Assembly: GCA_016181985.1 (NCBI GenBank)
Contig: JACOYG010000001.1
Coordinates: 1 to 42,794 of the forward strand
DNA from: Candidatus Nealsonbacteria bacterium
GTDB lineage: Bacteria; Patescibacteriota; Minisyncoccia; Minisyncoccales; MHMH01
DNA length: 42,794 nt
Direction of reading: 5' to 3'
Part shown: piece after piece, positions 1-9,952 of the stretch
Layout of the letters: each line of letters starts with the position of its first letter
Position numbering within the stretch: the stretch's first letter is position 1
Notes under the pieces: model-generated
The model's database searches: none
Told to the model about the DNA's origin: nothing
The model's input: the letters and a program-made list of their open reading frames with translations, nothing else
Program-made: the position numbers and the translations under genes

Positions 1-705
1 CAAAACCCGGAAATTAAAATTATCACCATCGAGGACCCCATTGAATACCACCTTGAGGGCGTTTCTCAAACTCAAGTTCAGCCGCAGAAAGGATATGACT
101 TCGCCAGCGGCTTAAAATCTATCGTCCGACAAGACCCGGACGTAATTTTAGTCGGAGAAATAAGAGACACGGAGACCGTTAATATCGCCCTGCAAGCAGC
201 CCTAACGGGGCATTTGGTTTTCACGACTCTGCATACCAATGATGCCGCGGGCACAATAGCCAGACTGACAAGCCTGGGGGCAACCCCGTCGAACATCGGC
301 CCTGCCGTAAATTTAACAATCGCTCAAAGACTGGTCAGAAAAGTATGTGAAAAATGCGTAAAGTTTGTGAAAATTTCGACCGGAGATTTAGAGAGATTAA
401 CCGTGGAATTAAAAGGATTGCCAAGGGCCATTAAGATTCCTAAGCTGGCGGAAAATTTAAAAATCCCCGAGGTTAAAGGGTGCAAGCATTGCAACTTCAC
501 CGGCTACAAAGGGAGATTAGGAGTTTACGAAGGTTTTTTGATAGATGATGAAATCGAGAGGTTTATAATCAAGGAGCCTTCGATCGCCGCACTGAAAGAA
601 TTTGCGATAAAAAAGGGCATGGTCACCATAAAACAAGACGGTTTTATTAAGGTATTGCAAAATCTCACCACAATCGAAGAGGTGGTGAGAGTAACCGGAG
701 AATAG
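1..705 (+). CDS. GspE/PilB-family secretion / type IV pilus assembly ATPase, C-terminal part (5' end outside window)
   Basis: Frame 1 is open from nt 1 (QNPEIKIITIEDPIEYHL...). It carries VGEIRDTET and LTGHLVFTTLHTNDA boxes and a C-terminal CEKC...CKHC tetracysteine cluster typical of GspE/PilB rather than PilT. Confidence 0.85.
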   Translation, partial: QNPEIKIITIEDPIEYHLEGVSQTQVQPQKGYDFASGLKSIVRQDPDVILVGEIRDTETVNIALQAALTGHLVFTTLHTNDAAGTIARLTSLGATPSNIGPAVNLTIAQRLVRKVCEKCVKFVKISTGDLERLTVELKGLPRAIKIPKLAENLKIPEVKGCKHCNFTGYKGRLGVYEGFLIDDEIERFIIKEPSIAALKEFAIKKGMVTIKQDGFIKVLQNLTTIEEVVRVTGE

Positions 706-823
706 TGCTGGAGCTGGGGGCAACACTCTAGCTTGGGAACTTAAAGTTTAGAATATCTCTGAGGAATAGCTCAGCATGACCTGGGCTATCCGGCCAAAAG
801 ATATTCCTACCCCCAGCTCCAGC
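706..823. repeat. Long nested imperfect hairpin / palindromic element between the pilB-like gene and ruvB
   Basis: TGCTGGAGCTGGGGG (706-720) is the exact reverse complement of CCCCCAGCTCCAGCA (809-823). Inner arms GAATATCT / AGATATTC and a GGAATAGCTCAG...CTGGGCTATCC core nest inside it. Confidence 0.6.
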
Positions 824-854
824 ATTACTCACTGACCCCTTATTATAATCCATT

Positions 855-1859
855 ATGAAAAATTTGTCAATACCGCCGCCGGCCGATCAAGGGTTGGACC
901 AGACCCTAAGACCCAAGACATGGCAGGAATATATCGGCCAGGAAAAAATAAAAAGAAACCTTAGGGTTATTATTGATGCGTCTAAAAAAAGAGGCGAACC
1001 TTTGGAGCATCTGCTTTTTTACGGTAATTCCGGCCTGGGAAAAACCACGCTCTCCCATATTATCGCCCAAGAAATGGGCGCGAGCATTAAAATGACTTCG
1101 GGACCGGCCATCGAAAGAGCCGGAGATTTGGCGGCTATTTTAACTAATCTTTCCGACGGCGATATTCTTTTTATAGACGAATGCCACCGATTGAATAAAA
1201 TAATCGAAGAATATCTTTACCCGGCCATGGAAGATTTTAAATTGAATATTATTATCGGCAAGGGACCCATGGCCAGCACCATGGAGTTGCCCTTGCCCCA
1301 CTTTACCTTAATCGGCGCCACTACCAGGGTCGCCATGATATCTTCTCCTTTAAGAAACAGGTTCGGAGCAACTTTCCAACTTAGTTTTTACGGATCGGAG
1401 GATATTGAAAAAATAATTCAAAGATCCGCCAAAATTTTAAACGTTGAGATAGAGTCGGACGCCGTAAAATTAATCAGCCAGAGATCGCGCTTTACGCCCA
1501 GGGTGGCAAATAGACTCTTAAAGAGGGCCAGAGATTTTGCCCAGGTTGAAGGCCAGGGATTAATTACCGAAAATATGGCCAAAAAGGCCCTGGAACTTTT
1601 AGAAATTGACGAAGCTGGGCTTGAGTATGGCGACAGAAGGATATTGGAGACTTTAATCACTAAGTTTGAAGGCGGCCCCGTAGGATTGCAAACATTGGCC
1701 GCGGCCACTTCGGAGGAACAAGACGCTCTTTTAGACGTTTATGAGCCTTATTTGATGCAACTCGGCTTTATGGAAAGAACCCCCAAGGGTCGCATGGCCA
1801 CCAAGCTCGCCTATGCGCACCTAGGCATAAAATACAAAGGCAATCAAAACCTGCTTTAA
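855..1859 (+). CDS. ruvB: Holliday junction branch migration helicase RuvB
   Basis: 334 aa. Walker [10 protein letters not shown], Walker [11 protein letters not shown] and a full-length RuvB-like sequence ([16 protein letters not shown] ... FMERTPKGR). Confidence 0.95.
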   Translation: MKNLSIPPPADQGLDQTLRPKTWQEYIGQEKIKRNLRVIIDASKKRGEPLEHLLFYGNSGLGKTTLSHIIAQEMGASIKMTSGPAIERAGDLAAILTNLSDGDILFIDECHRLNKIIEEYLYPAMEDFKLNIIIGKGPMASTMELPLPHFTLIGATTRVAMISSPLRNRFGATFQLSFYGSEDIEKIIQRSAKILNVEIESDAVKLISQRSRFTPRVANRLLKRARDFAQVEGQGLITENMAKKALELLEIDEAGLEYGDRRILETLITKFEGGPVGLQTLAAATSEEQDALLDVYEPYLMQLGFMERTPKGRMATKLAYAHLGIKYKGNQNLL

Positions 1860-2374
1860 TGAGACTTTTAATTTTCCTAGTCGTTTTTTCTTTTTTGACG
1901 GCTAACGGACTCTATGCCGCCGATACTTCGGGTTGTATAAACATTAATACCGCGCCGAAAGAAGAATTGGTAAAAATTACGCAAATTGGCGAAGCTCGCG
2001 CGGCACAAATTTTGAGCCTGCGGGAGGAAAAATTATTCTCTTCCGTGAATGATCTAGATCGCGTGGCCGGTATCGGACCCGCCAGAATCGCCAGCATTAA
2101 AGAGCAGGGCCTAGCTTGTGTTGCGGAGAACGGGTCTCCGCAAATTCCATCGACAATCAGCTCGACAGTTGATGAACCGACTAAGTCTGCTGAAGAAAAA
2201 ATGAAACCGCCCGCTGTAACTATTGGGCAGGAACCTCCGCAAGTTGAGATAGCTGCTATCAGCGGCGAGCTTCCTAATGATTCCGACACCTCCATCTTGC
2301 TGCCGGTTGCTATCTTTACTTCTTTTTCCGGCGGGGTTATGATACTATTGCTTAAAAGATATGTCAGGACATAG
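1859..2374 (+). CDS. ComEA-like helix-hairpin-helix DNA-binding protein with signal peptide and C-terminal TM segment
   Basis: N-terminal hydrophobic leader. NINTAPKEELVKITQIGEARAAQIL...VAGIGPARIASI is a tandem HhH motif as in ComEA. Start overlaps the ruvB stop (TAATG). Confidence 0.75.
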   Translation: MRLLIFLVVFSFLTANGLYAADTSGCININTAPKEELVKITQIGEARAAQILSLREEKLFSSVNDLDRVAGIGPARIASIKEQGLACVAENGSPQIPSTISSTVDEPTKSAEEKMKPPAVTIGQEPPQVEIAAISGELPNDSDTSILLPVAIFTSFSGGVMILLLKRYVRT

Positions 2375-3098
2375 TCATGCAAAAACAATCAAACATCAGA
2401 AAGGTTTAGCCGACGCCAAGAGAAGCGCGGCGTTTTCCAAGGCCGCAAAAGAGCTTGAAATAGCCGCCAAAGAAGGCGGAGATCCGGTATTCAACTCTAA
2501 ATTGAGGATGGCCATTGAAAAAGCCAAAGAGGTTAATATGCCCGCCGATAACATTGAGCGAGCGGTAAAACGCGGCACGGGAGAATTGGAGGGAGGAAAA
2601 TTGGAGGAGGTTTCTTTTGAGGCCTATGGCCCGGGCAACGTGGCCATTATTATCGACGGCATTACCGATAATAAAAACCGGACGCTGGGAGAAATCAAGC
2701 AAATTTTAAACCAAAATAACGGAAAGTTAGTCGGTGAAGGCGCAATAAGGTGGATGTTCGACAGAAAAGGCACCTTGGTTATAAGCATGGGATTGCAGAA
2801 TGAAAATTTCCGAAATAAAGAAAATATGGAACTGGCGGCCATAGAAGCTGGGGCTGAAGATATTTACTGGCATGCCGATGGAAGCATGCTGGATATCTAC
2901 ACCAAACCCGAGGATCTGGAAAAGGTAAGAAAAAGCTTGGAAGAAAAGGGAATCAAAGCCGACTCAACTTCTTTGGGTTGGGTGCCGAAAGAAAATATTA
3001 AAGTTGGCGACAAAGATAAAGAGGCCTGTCAAAAGCTGTTCGAAGCGTTAGACGAAAGCGACGCGGCGCAAGAAGTGTACTCAAATATCGAAGACTAG
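2361..3098 (+). CDS. yebC: YebC/PmpR family DNA-binding transcriptional regulator
   Basis: 245 aa. The N-terminus MSGHSHAKTIKHQKGLADAKRS matches the YebC signature, and it has the classical position next to ruvC. Confidence 0.9.
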   Translation: MSGHSHAKTIKHQKGLADAKRSAAFSKAAKELEIAAKEGGDPVFNSKLRMAIEKAKEVNMPADNIERAVKRGTGELEGGKLEEVSFEAYGPGNVAIIIDGITDNKNRTLGEIKQILNQNNGKLVGEGAIRWMFDRKGTLVISMGLQNENFRNKENMELAAIEAGAEDIYWHADGSMLDIYTKPEDLEKVRKSLEEKGIKADSTSLGWVPKENIKVGDKDKEACQKLFEALDESDAAQEVYSNIED

Positions 3099-3105
3099 TT
3101 TAAAT

Positions 3106-3591
3106 ATGATAATTTTAGGCATCGACCCCGGAACGGCAACTACCGGATACGGAGTGATTGATAAATCAAAAACATTAAAATGTTTGGATTATGGCATAAT
3201 CCAAACAAGCCCCTCTTTTACCGATGCGGAACGCTTGAATACTCTAAGCGGCGAACTGGATAAAATAATAAAAAAACACAATCCTGAAATTCTGGCCGTA
3301 GAAAGCATTTATTTTTTTAAAAATCTAAAGACTGCCCTGCCCGTGAGCCAAGCAAGGGGGGTTATCCTGCTGGCTGCCGGAAAGAAAAAAATTCCGGTGA
3401 AAGAAATCACCCCTCTCCAGGTAAAGATGGGGGTCGCAGGTTACGGCAGAGCGGAAAAAAAACAAGTCCAAAAAATGATTCAGTATTTGCTTAATTTGGC
3501 GGAAATGCCTAAGCCCGACGATGCGGCGGATGCTCTTGCGGTGGCGGTTTGCTGCGCAAAAGGCCTGCGAGGCATTGACAGGTCCCTTTGA
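3106..3591 (+). CDS. ruvC: Crossover junction endodeoxyribonuclease RuvC
   Basis: 161 aa. ILGIDPGTATTGYGVI catalytic N-terminus and C-terminal DAADALAVA motif. Confidence 0.92.
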   Translation: MIILGIDPGTATTGYGVIDKSKTLKCLDYGIIQTSPSFTDAERLNTLSGELDKIIKKHNPEILAVESIYFFKNLKTALPVSQARGVILLAAGKKKIPVKEITPLQVKMGVAGYGRAEKKQVQKMIQYLLNLAEMPKPDDAADALAVAVCCAKGLRGIDRSL

Positions 3592-3660
3592 GCCCTTATA
3601 ATATCCTTGTAGAATCAATCCAAGGTCGATTATATCTAATAGAAACTAATTAATGCGAAT

Positions 3661-3804
3661 ATGTCTTACGACGAAATCTTAAATTCTTTCGTCATGGAAG
3701 ATGTCCCGGAAGAAGATGAGGAAGACGAGGACGGAGAAGAAGCCGAAGTTCCAGACGACGGAGAGGCCGCGAGCGATTACGATGGCCAGCTCGAAGAAAT
3801 ATAA
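3661..3804 (+). CDS. Small, extremely acidic hypothetical protein (47 aa)
   Basis: ATG..TAA ORF found by hand (too short for the ORF track): MSYDEILNSFVMEDVPEEDEEDEDGEEAEVPDDGEAASDYDGQLEEI. It ends just before a clean terminator. No family recognised. Confidence 0.3.
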   Translation: MSYDEILNSFVMEDVPEEDEEDEDGEEAEVPDDGEAASDYDGQLEEI

Positions 3805-3805
3805 A

Positions 3806-3841
3806 ACAAAAAACCCTCCAGCTATCGGAGGGTTTTTTGTT
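3806..3841. terminator. Bidirectional Rho-independent terminator between the small acidic ORF and tyrS
   Basis: A-run, stem CCCTCC (3814-3819) / GGAGGG (3827-3832), then T-run. Flanked by convergent stop codons. Confidence 0.75.
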
Positions 3842-5017
3842 TTACGCAATCTTAACAAATTTTCTCTTGCCCGCCCGGATAATTTGCCCTCGCTTAATTT
3901 CTATTTGCTCTCTCCAATCTTTTTTAATTTCTTCGTTAATTTCAACGCCGCCCTGCTCGACTAGGCGCTGGGCTTCTGATTTGGACGAGCATAAATTTGC
4001 TTTCACCAGCAAATCAAGAATATTAAGTGTTTTTTCTTGAATTTCCACTTCCGGAATATCAGACGGGGCTTGTTTCTCTTTAAAAACACGGTTGAATTCG
4101 GCGCCCGCGCTTTCCTCCGCCTTTTCCCCGTGATAAATTTTAACAATCTCTTTTGCTAATTTGGCTTTGGCGTCTCTCGGCGAAAGGCTTTCTATTTCGG
4201 TTAAGGGAATCCTAGTGCAAAGCTCCAGATAGTCTAGAATAAGATCATCCCTTAAGGACATTACCTTGCCGAATTGTTCATTTGGGGAATCATTGATATT
4301 GATAACATTTCCCCAGCTGGTAGACATTTTCCGCCCATCTAATCCGGAAAGCATTTTCAATGTCATAATATCTTGCGGTTCCTGATTAAATATCTTTTGA
4401 ATGTCGCGTCCGGTATTTAGATTAAACAGCTGGTCGAAGCCGCCCAATTCAATGTCTGCTTTGACTTTCACCGAGTCAAGCCCCTGCAAAAGCGGGTAAT
4501 TCAGCTCGTGCAGACCGATGGGTTTCCCCCCCTCCCATCTTTCTTTAAAATTTCTCCTTTGTATCATTTGCTGCGCCGTAAATTTAACGGACAGGTCGAG
4601 CAGTTCTCCGGCGGTGAGCTTTTTCAACCACTCGCTATTATAGTGAAGCTCAATTTTTTCTACATTCAAAATCTTGCTTATTTGTTTGAGATAGCTGCTC
4701 ATGTTCGTTTTAATATCTTTTTCTGTTAATGGCCGCCTCATCGCCTGCTTGTCTGAGGCGTCGCCAATTTGAGCAGTAAAATCGCCTATTATTAAAACAA
4801 TCTTATGCCCCAACTCCTGGAAGTCTTTCAATTTAAGAAATTGGGCGGCTCGGCCGATATGAATATTCGGCCCGGTTGGATCAATGCCGTGTTTCACCCT
4901 TAAAACTTCTCCTAACAGGAGTTTTTTTCTTAGATGGTCCCTATTGATAATCTGCTCCACCCCTCTGCTTAAAAGCTCTTCAATTTTTTTAGAATCAATG
5001 TTCTTCATTATTCTCAA
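3842..5017 (-). CDS. tyrS: Tyrosine--tRNA ligase
   Basis: HIGH-type motif (PNIHIGRA), KMSKS-type motif (KMSTS) and a C-terminal S4-like domain (SKSEAQRLVEQGGVEINEE). Confidence 0.88.
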   Translation of the reverse strand: MRIMKNIDSKKIEELLSRGVEQIINRDHLRKKLLLGEVLRVKHGIDPTGPNIHIGRAAQFLKLKDFQELGHKIVLIIGDFTAQIGDASDKQAMRRPLTEKDIKTNMSSYLKQISKILNVEKIELHYNSEWLKKLTAGELLDLSVKFTAQQMIQRRNFKERWEGGKPIGLHELNYPLLQGLDSVKVKADIELGGFDQLFNLNTGRDIQKIFNQEPQDIMTLKMLSGLDGRKMSTSWGNVININDSPNEQFGKVMSLRDDLILDYLELCTRIPLTEIESLSPRDAKAKLAKEIVKIYHGEKAEESAGAEFNRVFKEKQAPSDIPEVEIQEKTLNILDLLVKANLCSSKSEAQRLVEQGGVEINEEIKKDWREQIEIKRGQIIRAGKRKFVKIA

Positions 5018-5067
5018 TTTATCATGGTTTCAAAAAAAATAAAAGAATGGTATATTAAAAATTAGAC

Positions 5068-7179
5068 ATGGTTAAGCGAAAACTTCGTCGGAAAATCTAC
5101 AAAAAACATCCCCGTCTATTCTTAGCCCTCAAAATCGTTTTGGGCGGTTTTTTATTGTCATTACTCTTTATTTCCGCTTTATTCCTATATTTCGCCAAAG
5201 ATCTGCCAAGGCCCGAGGTTTTTACCGAAAAGCCGTTTGTTCTACCGACCGAAATATATGACAGGGAGGGTAGGGTTCTTCTGTACCAAATATATGACGA
5301 AGAAAAAAGAACTGTTGTTCCCTTAAGCCAAGTTCCCGAAAGCTTAAAGAGCGCGGTGATCACAGCCGAAGACTCTAATTTCTATCACCACTTCGGATTA
5401 GACATTAACGGCATTCTTCGATCGGTTTTAAAAAATTTAAGCATGAGAAACCTGGTTTACGGCGGTTCAACCATTTCCCAGCAGTTAATCAGGTCCAGCT
5501 TTCTTTCAACCGAAAAAACCGCTCGAAGAAAGATTAAAGAGATTATTCTGACTCTCGAATTGGAAAGGCGTTATTCTAAAGATAAAATTTTGGAATTCTA
5601 TTTAAATCAAATTCCTTTCGGCGCAAACGCTTATGGCGTTGAGGCGGCCGCCCAGGTTTATTTTAGCAAGCCGGTTTCAGAAATATCCTTGTCTCAAGCC
5701 GCCGCCTTGGCCGCGCTGATAAGAGCGCCCAGCCGCCTTTCTCTTGCCGAAAACAGAGAAGAGCTGATCTCAATCAGAAATTATATCTTACGGAGAATGG
5801 CGCAAAATAGCTACATCAGCGAAGACGAGTCCCAAAAAAGTCAAAACGAAATTTTACAATTCGCCGAAATTCGCCATCCCATCAAGGCCCCCCATTTTGT
5901 GCTTTACGTTAAAAATTATCTTGAAGAAAATTATCCTGATTATTTTCTTAAAACCGGCGGTCTAAAAGTCTTTACCACATTAGATTGGCAGCTCCAGCAA
6001 TTGGCAGAAGAAATAGTAAAAAATGGCGTAAAAATCAACGAAGCTTATAACGCGCACAACGCCTCTTTAGTTGCGATTGATCCTAATAAAGGAGAAATTT
6101 TGGCTATGGTTGGATCTGCTGATTATTTCGGAGAATCATACCCTAAAGGCTGCGTCTCGGGCAGTTTGGACCAACCCTGTCTTTTTGACCCCAAGGTTAA
6201 TGCGGCCGTTTATGGCAGGGGCAGACAGCCTGGTTCATCATTTAAACCTTTTGTTTACTATTTGGCTCTTAAAAATGGCATTACCCCGGAAACTGTTTTA
6301 TGGGATGTCAAAACTGAATTTAATCCTGACTGCGACCCCTCGGCCGATCAGGAAAAAGATAAATTTGGCATGGATTGCTACCATCCCAATAATTACGATG
6401 AAAAATTCAGAGGCCCCATAACTTTAAAAAATGCTTTAGCCCAATCGATTAACCTTCCCGCCGTAGAAATGCTTTATCTGGTCGGGCAACAAAACACATT
6501 AGATTTGGCTCATTCCTTGGGTATCACAACTCTTCAAGAACCGGCATCTTACTATGGACTTTCTTTGGTTTTAGGCGGTGGTGAAGTTAAATTATTAGAT
6601 ATAACGTCGGCATATGGAACCTTTGCCTCTCGGGGACTAAAAACTCCCCCTGTTTCAATTATTAAAATATCCGATACTAAAGGAAACATCATCGAAGAAA
6701 ATAAAAAAACTCCGAAAAGAGTTTTAGATCCTAAAATTGTTGATAAAGTAAGCAATATTTTATCCGACGATGAAGCAAGAGCGCCCATATTCGGCTACAG
6801 AGGGTCGTTGTATATCCCTGGACATCAGGTTGCTGTTAAAACTGGTACTACCCAAGAATACAAAGACGCTTGGACTATCGGCTATACTAATTCTTTGGTA
6901 GTCGGCGTTTGGGCCGGAAATAACGATTCCACCCCTATAGAAAGAAAATCCGGGGTAGCCATAGCCAGTCCTATTTGGAATAAATTTATAAAAAAAGCTC
7001 TGGAATTATACCCCTCCAAAAATTTTATTGAACCCGAACCAACTCTGGCAATAAACTCCGCCACTTCAACTCACTCTATTTTATATTATTTAAAAGATAA
7101 ACCCGAAATCGATCCCCAATACCAAAATTGGGAAATCGCTATCCAAAACTGGATAGCGAGCTCAACCACATTCCATTAA
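5068..7179 (+). CDS. Bifunctional class A penicillin-binding protein (glycosyltransferase + transpeptidase)
   Basis: N-terminal TM. GT51 motifs EDSNFYHHFGLD and GGSTISQQL. Transpeptidase SSFKP active-site motif and KTGTT box. Confidence 0.9.
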   Translation: MVKRKLRRKIYKKHPRLFLALKIVLGGFLLSLLFISALFLYFAKDLPRPEVFTEKPFVLPTEIYDREGRVLLYQIYDEEKRTVVPLSQVPESLKSAVITAEDSNFYHHFGLDINGILRSVLKNLSMRNLVYGGSTISQQLIRSSFLSTEKTARRKIKEIILTLELERRYSKDKILEFYLNQIPFGANAYGVEAAAQVYFSKPVSEISLSQAAALAALIRAPSRLSLAENREELISIRNYILRRMAQNSYISEDESQKSQNEILQFAEIRHPIKAPHFVLYVKNYLEENYPDYFLKTGGLKVFTTLDWQLQQLAEEIVKNGVKINEAYNAHNASLVAIDPNKGEILAMVGSADYFGESYPKGCVSGSLDQPCLFDPKVNAAVYGRGRQPGSSFKPFVYYLALKNGITPETVLWDVKTEFNPDCDPSADQEKDKFGMDCYHPNNYDEKFRGPITLKNALAQSINLPAVEMLYLVGQQNTLDLAHSLGITTLQEPASYYGLSLVLGGGEVKLLDITSAYGTFASRGLKTPPVSIIKISDTKGNIIEENKKTPKRVLDPKIVDKVSNILSDDEARAPIFGYRGSLYIPGHQVAVKTGTTQEYKDAWTIGYTNSLVVGVWAGNNDSTPIERKSGVAIASPIWNKFIKKALELYPSKNFIEPEPTLAINSATSTHSILYYLKDKPEIDPQYQNWEIAIQNWIASSTTFH

Positions 7180-8312
7180 ATAGATTTAATCGGCATTACT
7201 ATATAGATGTAGCTGGTGTCGGTTTTTGGTTTTAAGGCGGCGGGGCCGTCCTCTCCATTAAGCTCAAAAATAACCTCCGGTTCTTTTATATTTAAAAGAC
7301 CGTCTATTATAAATCTGTAATTAAAAGAAACCTCCATTTCTTTGGGAGAAGAATTATATTTTATTTGTCCCTGCAAAAAACTTTGATTTTCCCCTGATTC
7401 CGAATTTTGAGAGAATATTTCTATCCCCTCTTTTTGGGGAGTTAATTTAATTTTTACTTCATTAGTTTTTCCGCTGAAAATACCGGCGGTTTTAATGTGA
7501 TTTAAAAGTTTTTCTTTTGATAATACCGCCTGAACTTCATACTTTTTTGGAATTATACCCTGATAATCGGGATATTCTCCCTCAATAACCCGCGAAATTA
7601 TCTGCACTTGGGGATGCGGCGTTTCTGTCATTAAATATTCAAACAAAACTTGGTTTTGTGAAAAATAAAATCTTAATTTTCCTTCTTTTTCCGAAAAAAT
7701 ATTAATTATTTCTCTTACTGATTTTTGAGGAAGAATAAAAGAAAAATCTTGGTTTATTTTTTCTTCAAAAGATAAAACTTTTTCCGCCAACCTAAAACTG
7801 TCTGTAGTGGCCAGTGTCAGATTATTTTTTTTAAAATTAAAATAAACACCGGATAATTCAGGCCTATTTTGGTTCAAAACTACAAAATCAACCACCTGAG
7901 ATAACCCATTACAAAAATTATTGCAATTTAACTCTATAAAATTACTGCCTTCTATTTTAGGAATAATAGGAAATTCTTCGGCTGATAATCCTTTAATTTT
8001 AGTTTGATAATCCTGACAGTTGATATTAATTATCTGATTTTTTAATTCTAAATTAATTTTATCTTCGGGTAATAAATTAATAAAACTAGATAAAATTTTA
8101 GCCGGGACGGTTATTTTTCCTTCTTTTTCGGTTTTTATTAAAGACCAATATTTAATTCCTAATTCTAAATCAGTGGCGGATAAATTTAAAAAGTTTTTTT
8201 CGACGGAAATTAAAATATTATTTAAAATAGGCAGCGTTAAATTTTTACCAGCAACCCTGTTTATAAAATTTAACCCCTGATTTAAATTTTCTTTTAAAAC
8301 TGTAAATTTCAT
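7176..8312 (-). CDS. dnaN: DNA polymerase III beta sliding clamp
   Basis: 378 aa immediately downstream of dnaA. Clamp-like three-domain length and the typical N-terminus MKFTVLKENL..L..V. Confidence 0.88.
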   Translation of the reverse strand: MKFTVLKENLNQGLNFINRVAGKNLTLPILNNILISVEKNFLNLSATDLELGIKYWSLIKTEKEGKITVPAKILSSFINLLPEDKINLELKNQIININCQDYQTKIKGLSAEEFPIIPKIEGSNFIELNCNNFCNGLSQVVDFVVLNQNRPELSGVYFNFKKNNLTLATTDSFRLAEKVLSFEEKINQDFSFILPQKSVREIINIFSEKEGKLRFYFSQNQVLFEYLMTETPHPQVQIISRVIEGEYPDYQGIIPKKYEVQAVLSKEKLLNHIKTAGIFSGKTNEVKIKLTPQKEGIEIFSQNSESGENQSFLQGQIKYNSSPKEMEVSFNYRFIIDGLLNIKEPEVIFELNGEDGPAALKPKTDTSYIYIVMPIKSI

Positions 8313-8474
8313 ATTTAGTATATTATTAATTTATTATTGTTATTATAGATGTTAATAAATAAATTTTTTATACTTAATTGAATATAAATTTATCCTGTGA
8401 AAATATATTATTTAATTAAATTAATAAACTGTTAATTAAAAATTAAAAATTAAAAATTAAAAATTATCCACAAT
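8313..8474. other. Candidate oriC segment (AT-rich dnaA-dnaN spacer with DnaA box and tandem heptamers)
   Basis: Perfect consensus DnaA box TTATCCACA at 8464-8472, directly preceded by four tandem TTAAAAA heptamers (8436-8463). The whole spacer is almost pure A/T. Confidence 0.6.
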
Positions 8475-9839
8475 CTATAAACTATATATTTGGTCCTTAA
8501 TTAAGTTTATTTCCTCAGCTAAATTTTCATCTTTTTCTAATTCTTTAGATATTTTATTATAAGCATGAATGGCGGTGGTGTGATCTTTTCCTCCAAATTT
8601 TCTGCCGATAAATGGGAAAGAACTCTTTAATTCATCCCTTAAAATAAACATAGCCACTTGGCGAGGTTTCACAATTTCTTTTCTCCTAGAGACATCAAGA
8701 ATATCACCTTCTTTTAAATCGTAAAAAGAAGCCACGGATTTAATAATATTGTCCGGGTTAATCGCCTTTTTAGGAGAAAATATGACGTTTTTTAAGAGAG
8801 TTTTAGCTGTTTCCACGTCGGGAGTTTTATTATTCAACGCCTGATAAGCGGCCAGCCTATTCAGGGCCCCTTCCAATTCTCTTATGTTTCTTTGAATGTT
8901 TTCAGCGACATATTCGATAACTTCGTTAGAAAAATTAAGTTTTTTTTCTTGAGATTTTGTCTTCAAAATAGCTATTCTGGTTTCCGTATCGGGAAGGCTT
9001 ATATCGGCGATCATCCCTCCCTCAAAGCGCGATTTTAATCTTCCTTCCAAGGAAGAAATGGCTTTTGGCGGGCGATCGGAAGAAAGGATTATTTGTTTAT
9101 TTTTTTCATATAAATTATTGAAAATATGAAAAAACTCTTCCTGGGTTTTTTCTTTGCCGGCTATAAATTGGATATCATCAACTATTAAAACATCGATATC
9201 CTTATAAAGCAGTTTTAGTTTGTCTATGCTGCGATTTTGTATGGAACTCACTATGCCGGAGGCAAGTTTTTCCGAAGATAAATACTTTATTTTCTTTTCC
9301 GGGAACTTTTTTGAAATTTCATTTCCTATAGCCTGCATTAAATGTGTTTTGCCGAGGCCGGTTCCTCCGTAGATGAATAAGGGATTATAAGATGTGCCGG
9401 GACTGCGCACTACCGCCAAGGCAGCGGCTTGGGGCAATTCATTAAAGGGGCCCACCACGAAATTATTAAAAGTATATCGCGGGTTAAGATTGGTTTCTTT
9501 ATCCACTTTTAATTCAACGAACTCCAGTTGAGGAGAGTTGTTGTAAGAGTTGTCTATTAATTGGCTGGCGGAGATGTCCTTCGGCTTAGTTTCGGCATGG
9601 ACAACATTATATTTTATCTCTTTTATTTCCTCATCCAAGCTGTGGAGTATTTTAAATATCAATTTATTGTATTTATTTTCCAGCCATTCTTTGGAAAAAT
9701 TATTAGGGACGGAAACCACAACCCCCCCATTGTCTTTGGAAACAATATTTGTGTTTCTGAACCATGTTGCGAAGTTGGCCTTGGAAATATTAAATTGGAT
9801 TTGAGCAAGCAGGGCTTGCCATAATTCCTCTTTATCCAT
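8475..9839 (-). CDS. dnaA: Chromosomal replication initiator DnaA
   Basis: 454 aa. AAA+ Walker A GGTGLGKTHL, Walker B VLIVDDIQF and a C-terminal DNA-binding domain (GGKDHTTAIHAY). Confidence 0.95.
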   Translation of the reverse strand: MDKEELWQALLAQIQFNISKANFATWFRNTNIVSKDNGGVVVSVPNNFSKEWLENKYNKLIFKILHSLDEEIKEIKYNVVHAETKPKDISASQLIDNSYNNSPQLEFVELKVDKETNLNPRYTFNNFVVGPFNELPQAAALAVVRSPGTSYNPLFIYGGTGLGKTHLMQAIGNEISKKFPEKKIKYLSSEKLASGIVSSIQNRSIDKLKLLYKDIDVLIVDDIQFIAGKEKTQEEFFHIFNNLYEKNKQIILSSDRPPKAISSLEGRLKSRFEGGMIADISLPDTETRIAILKTKSQEKKLNFSNEVIEYVAENIQRNIRELEGALNRLAAYQALNNKTPDVETAKTLLKNVIFSPKKAINPDNIIKSVASFYDLKEGDILDVSRRKEIVKPRQVAMFILRDELKSSFPFIGRKFGGKDHTTAIHAYNKISKELEKDENLAEEINLIKDQIYSL

Positions 9840-9952
9840 ATAATTTTATTATCGGATTCATTGTACCACATGTCAAACAAGAACAAAATGAATTTAAAAG
9901 TCGGCTTATTGTTGATAAATTGGGTAAAAACTGTTAACATTTAATTAATTAT

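Noticed and set aside
3701-4040. Track ORFs 3701-3964 and 3837-4040 on the plus strand
   Set aside because: They run through a terminator and lie antisense to tyrS, with a low-complexity basic translation. The acidic frame at 3661-3804 is the only plausible plus-strand reading there.
8436-8463. Tandem AAAAATT/TTAAAAA run as a CRISPR array or minisatellite
   Set aside because: The units are 7 nt with no spacers. The context (dnaA-dnaN spacer, adjacent DnaA box) fits an origin unwinding element.
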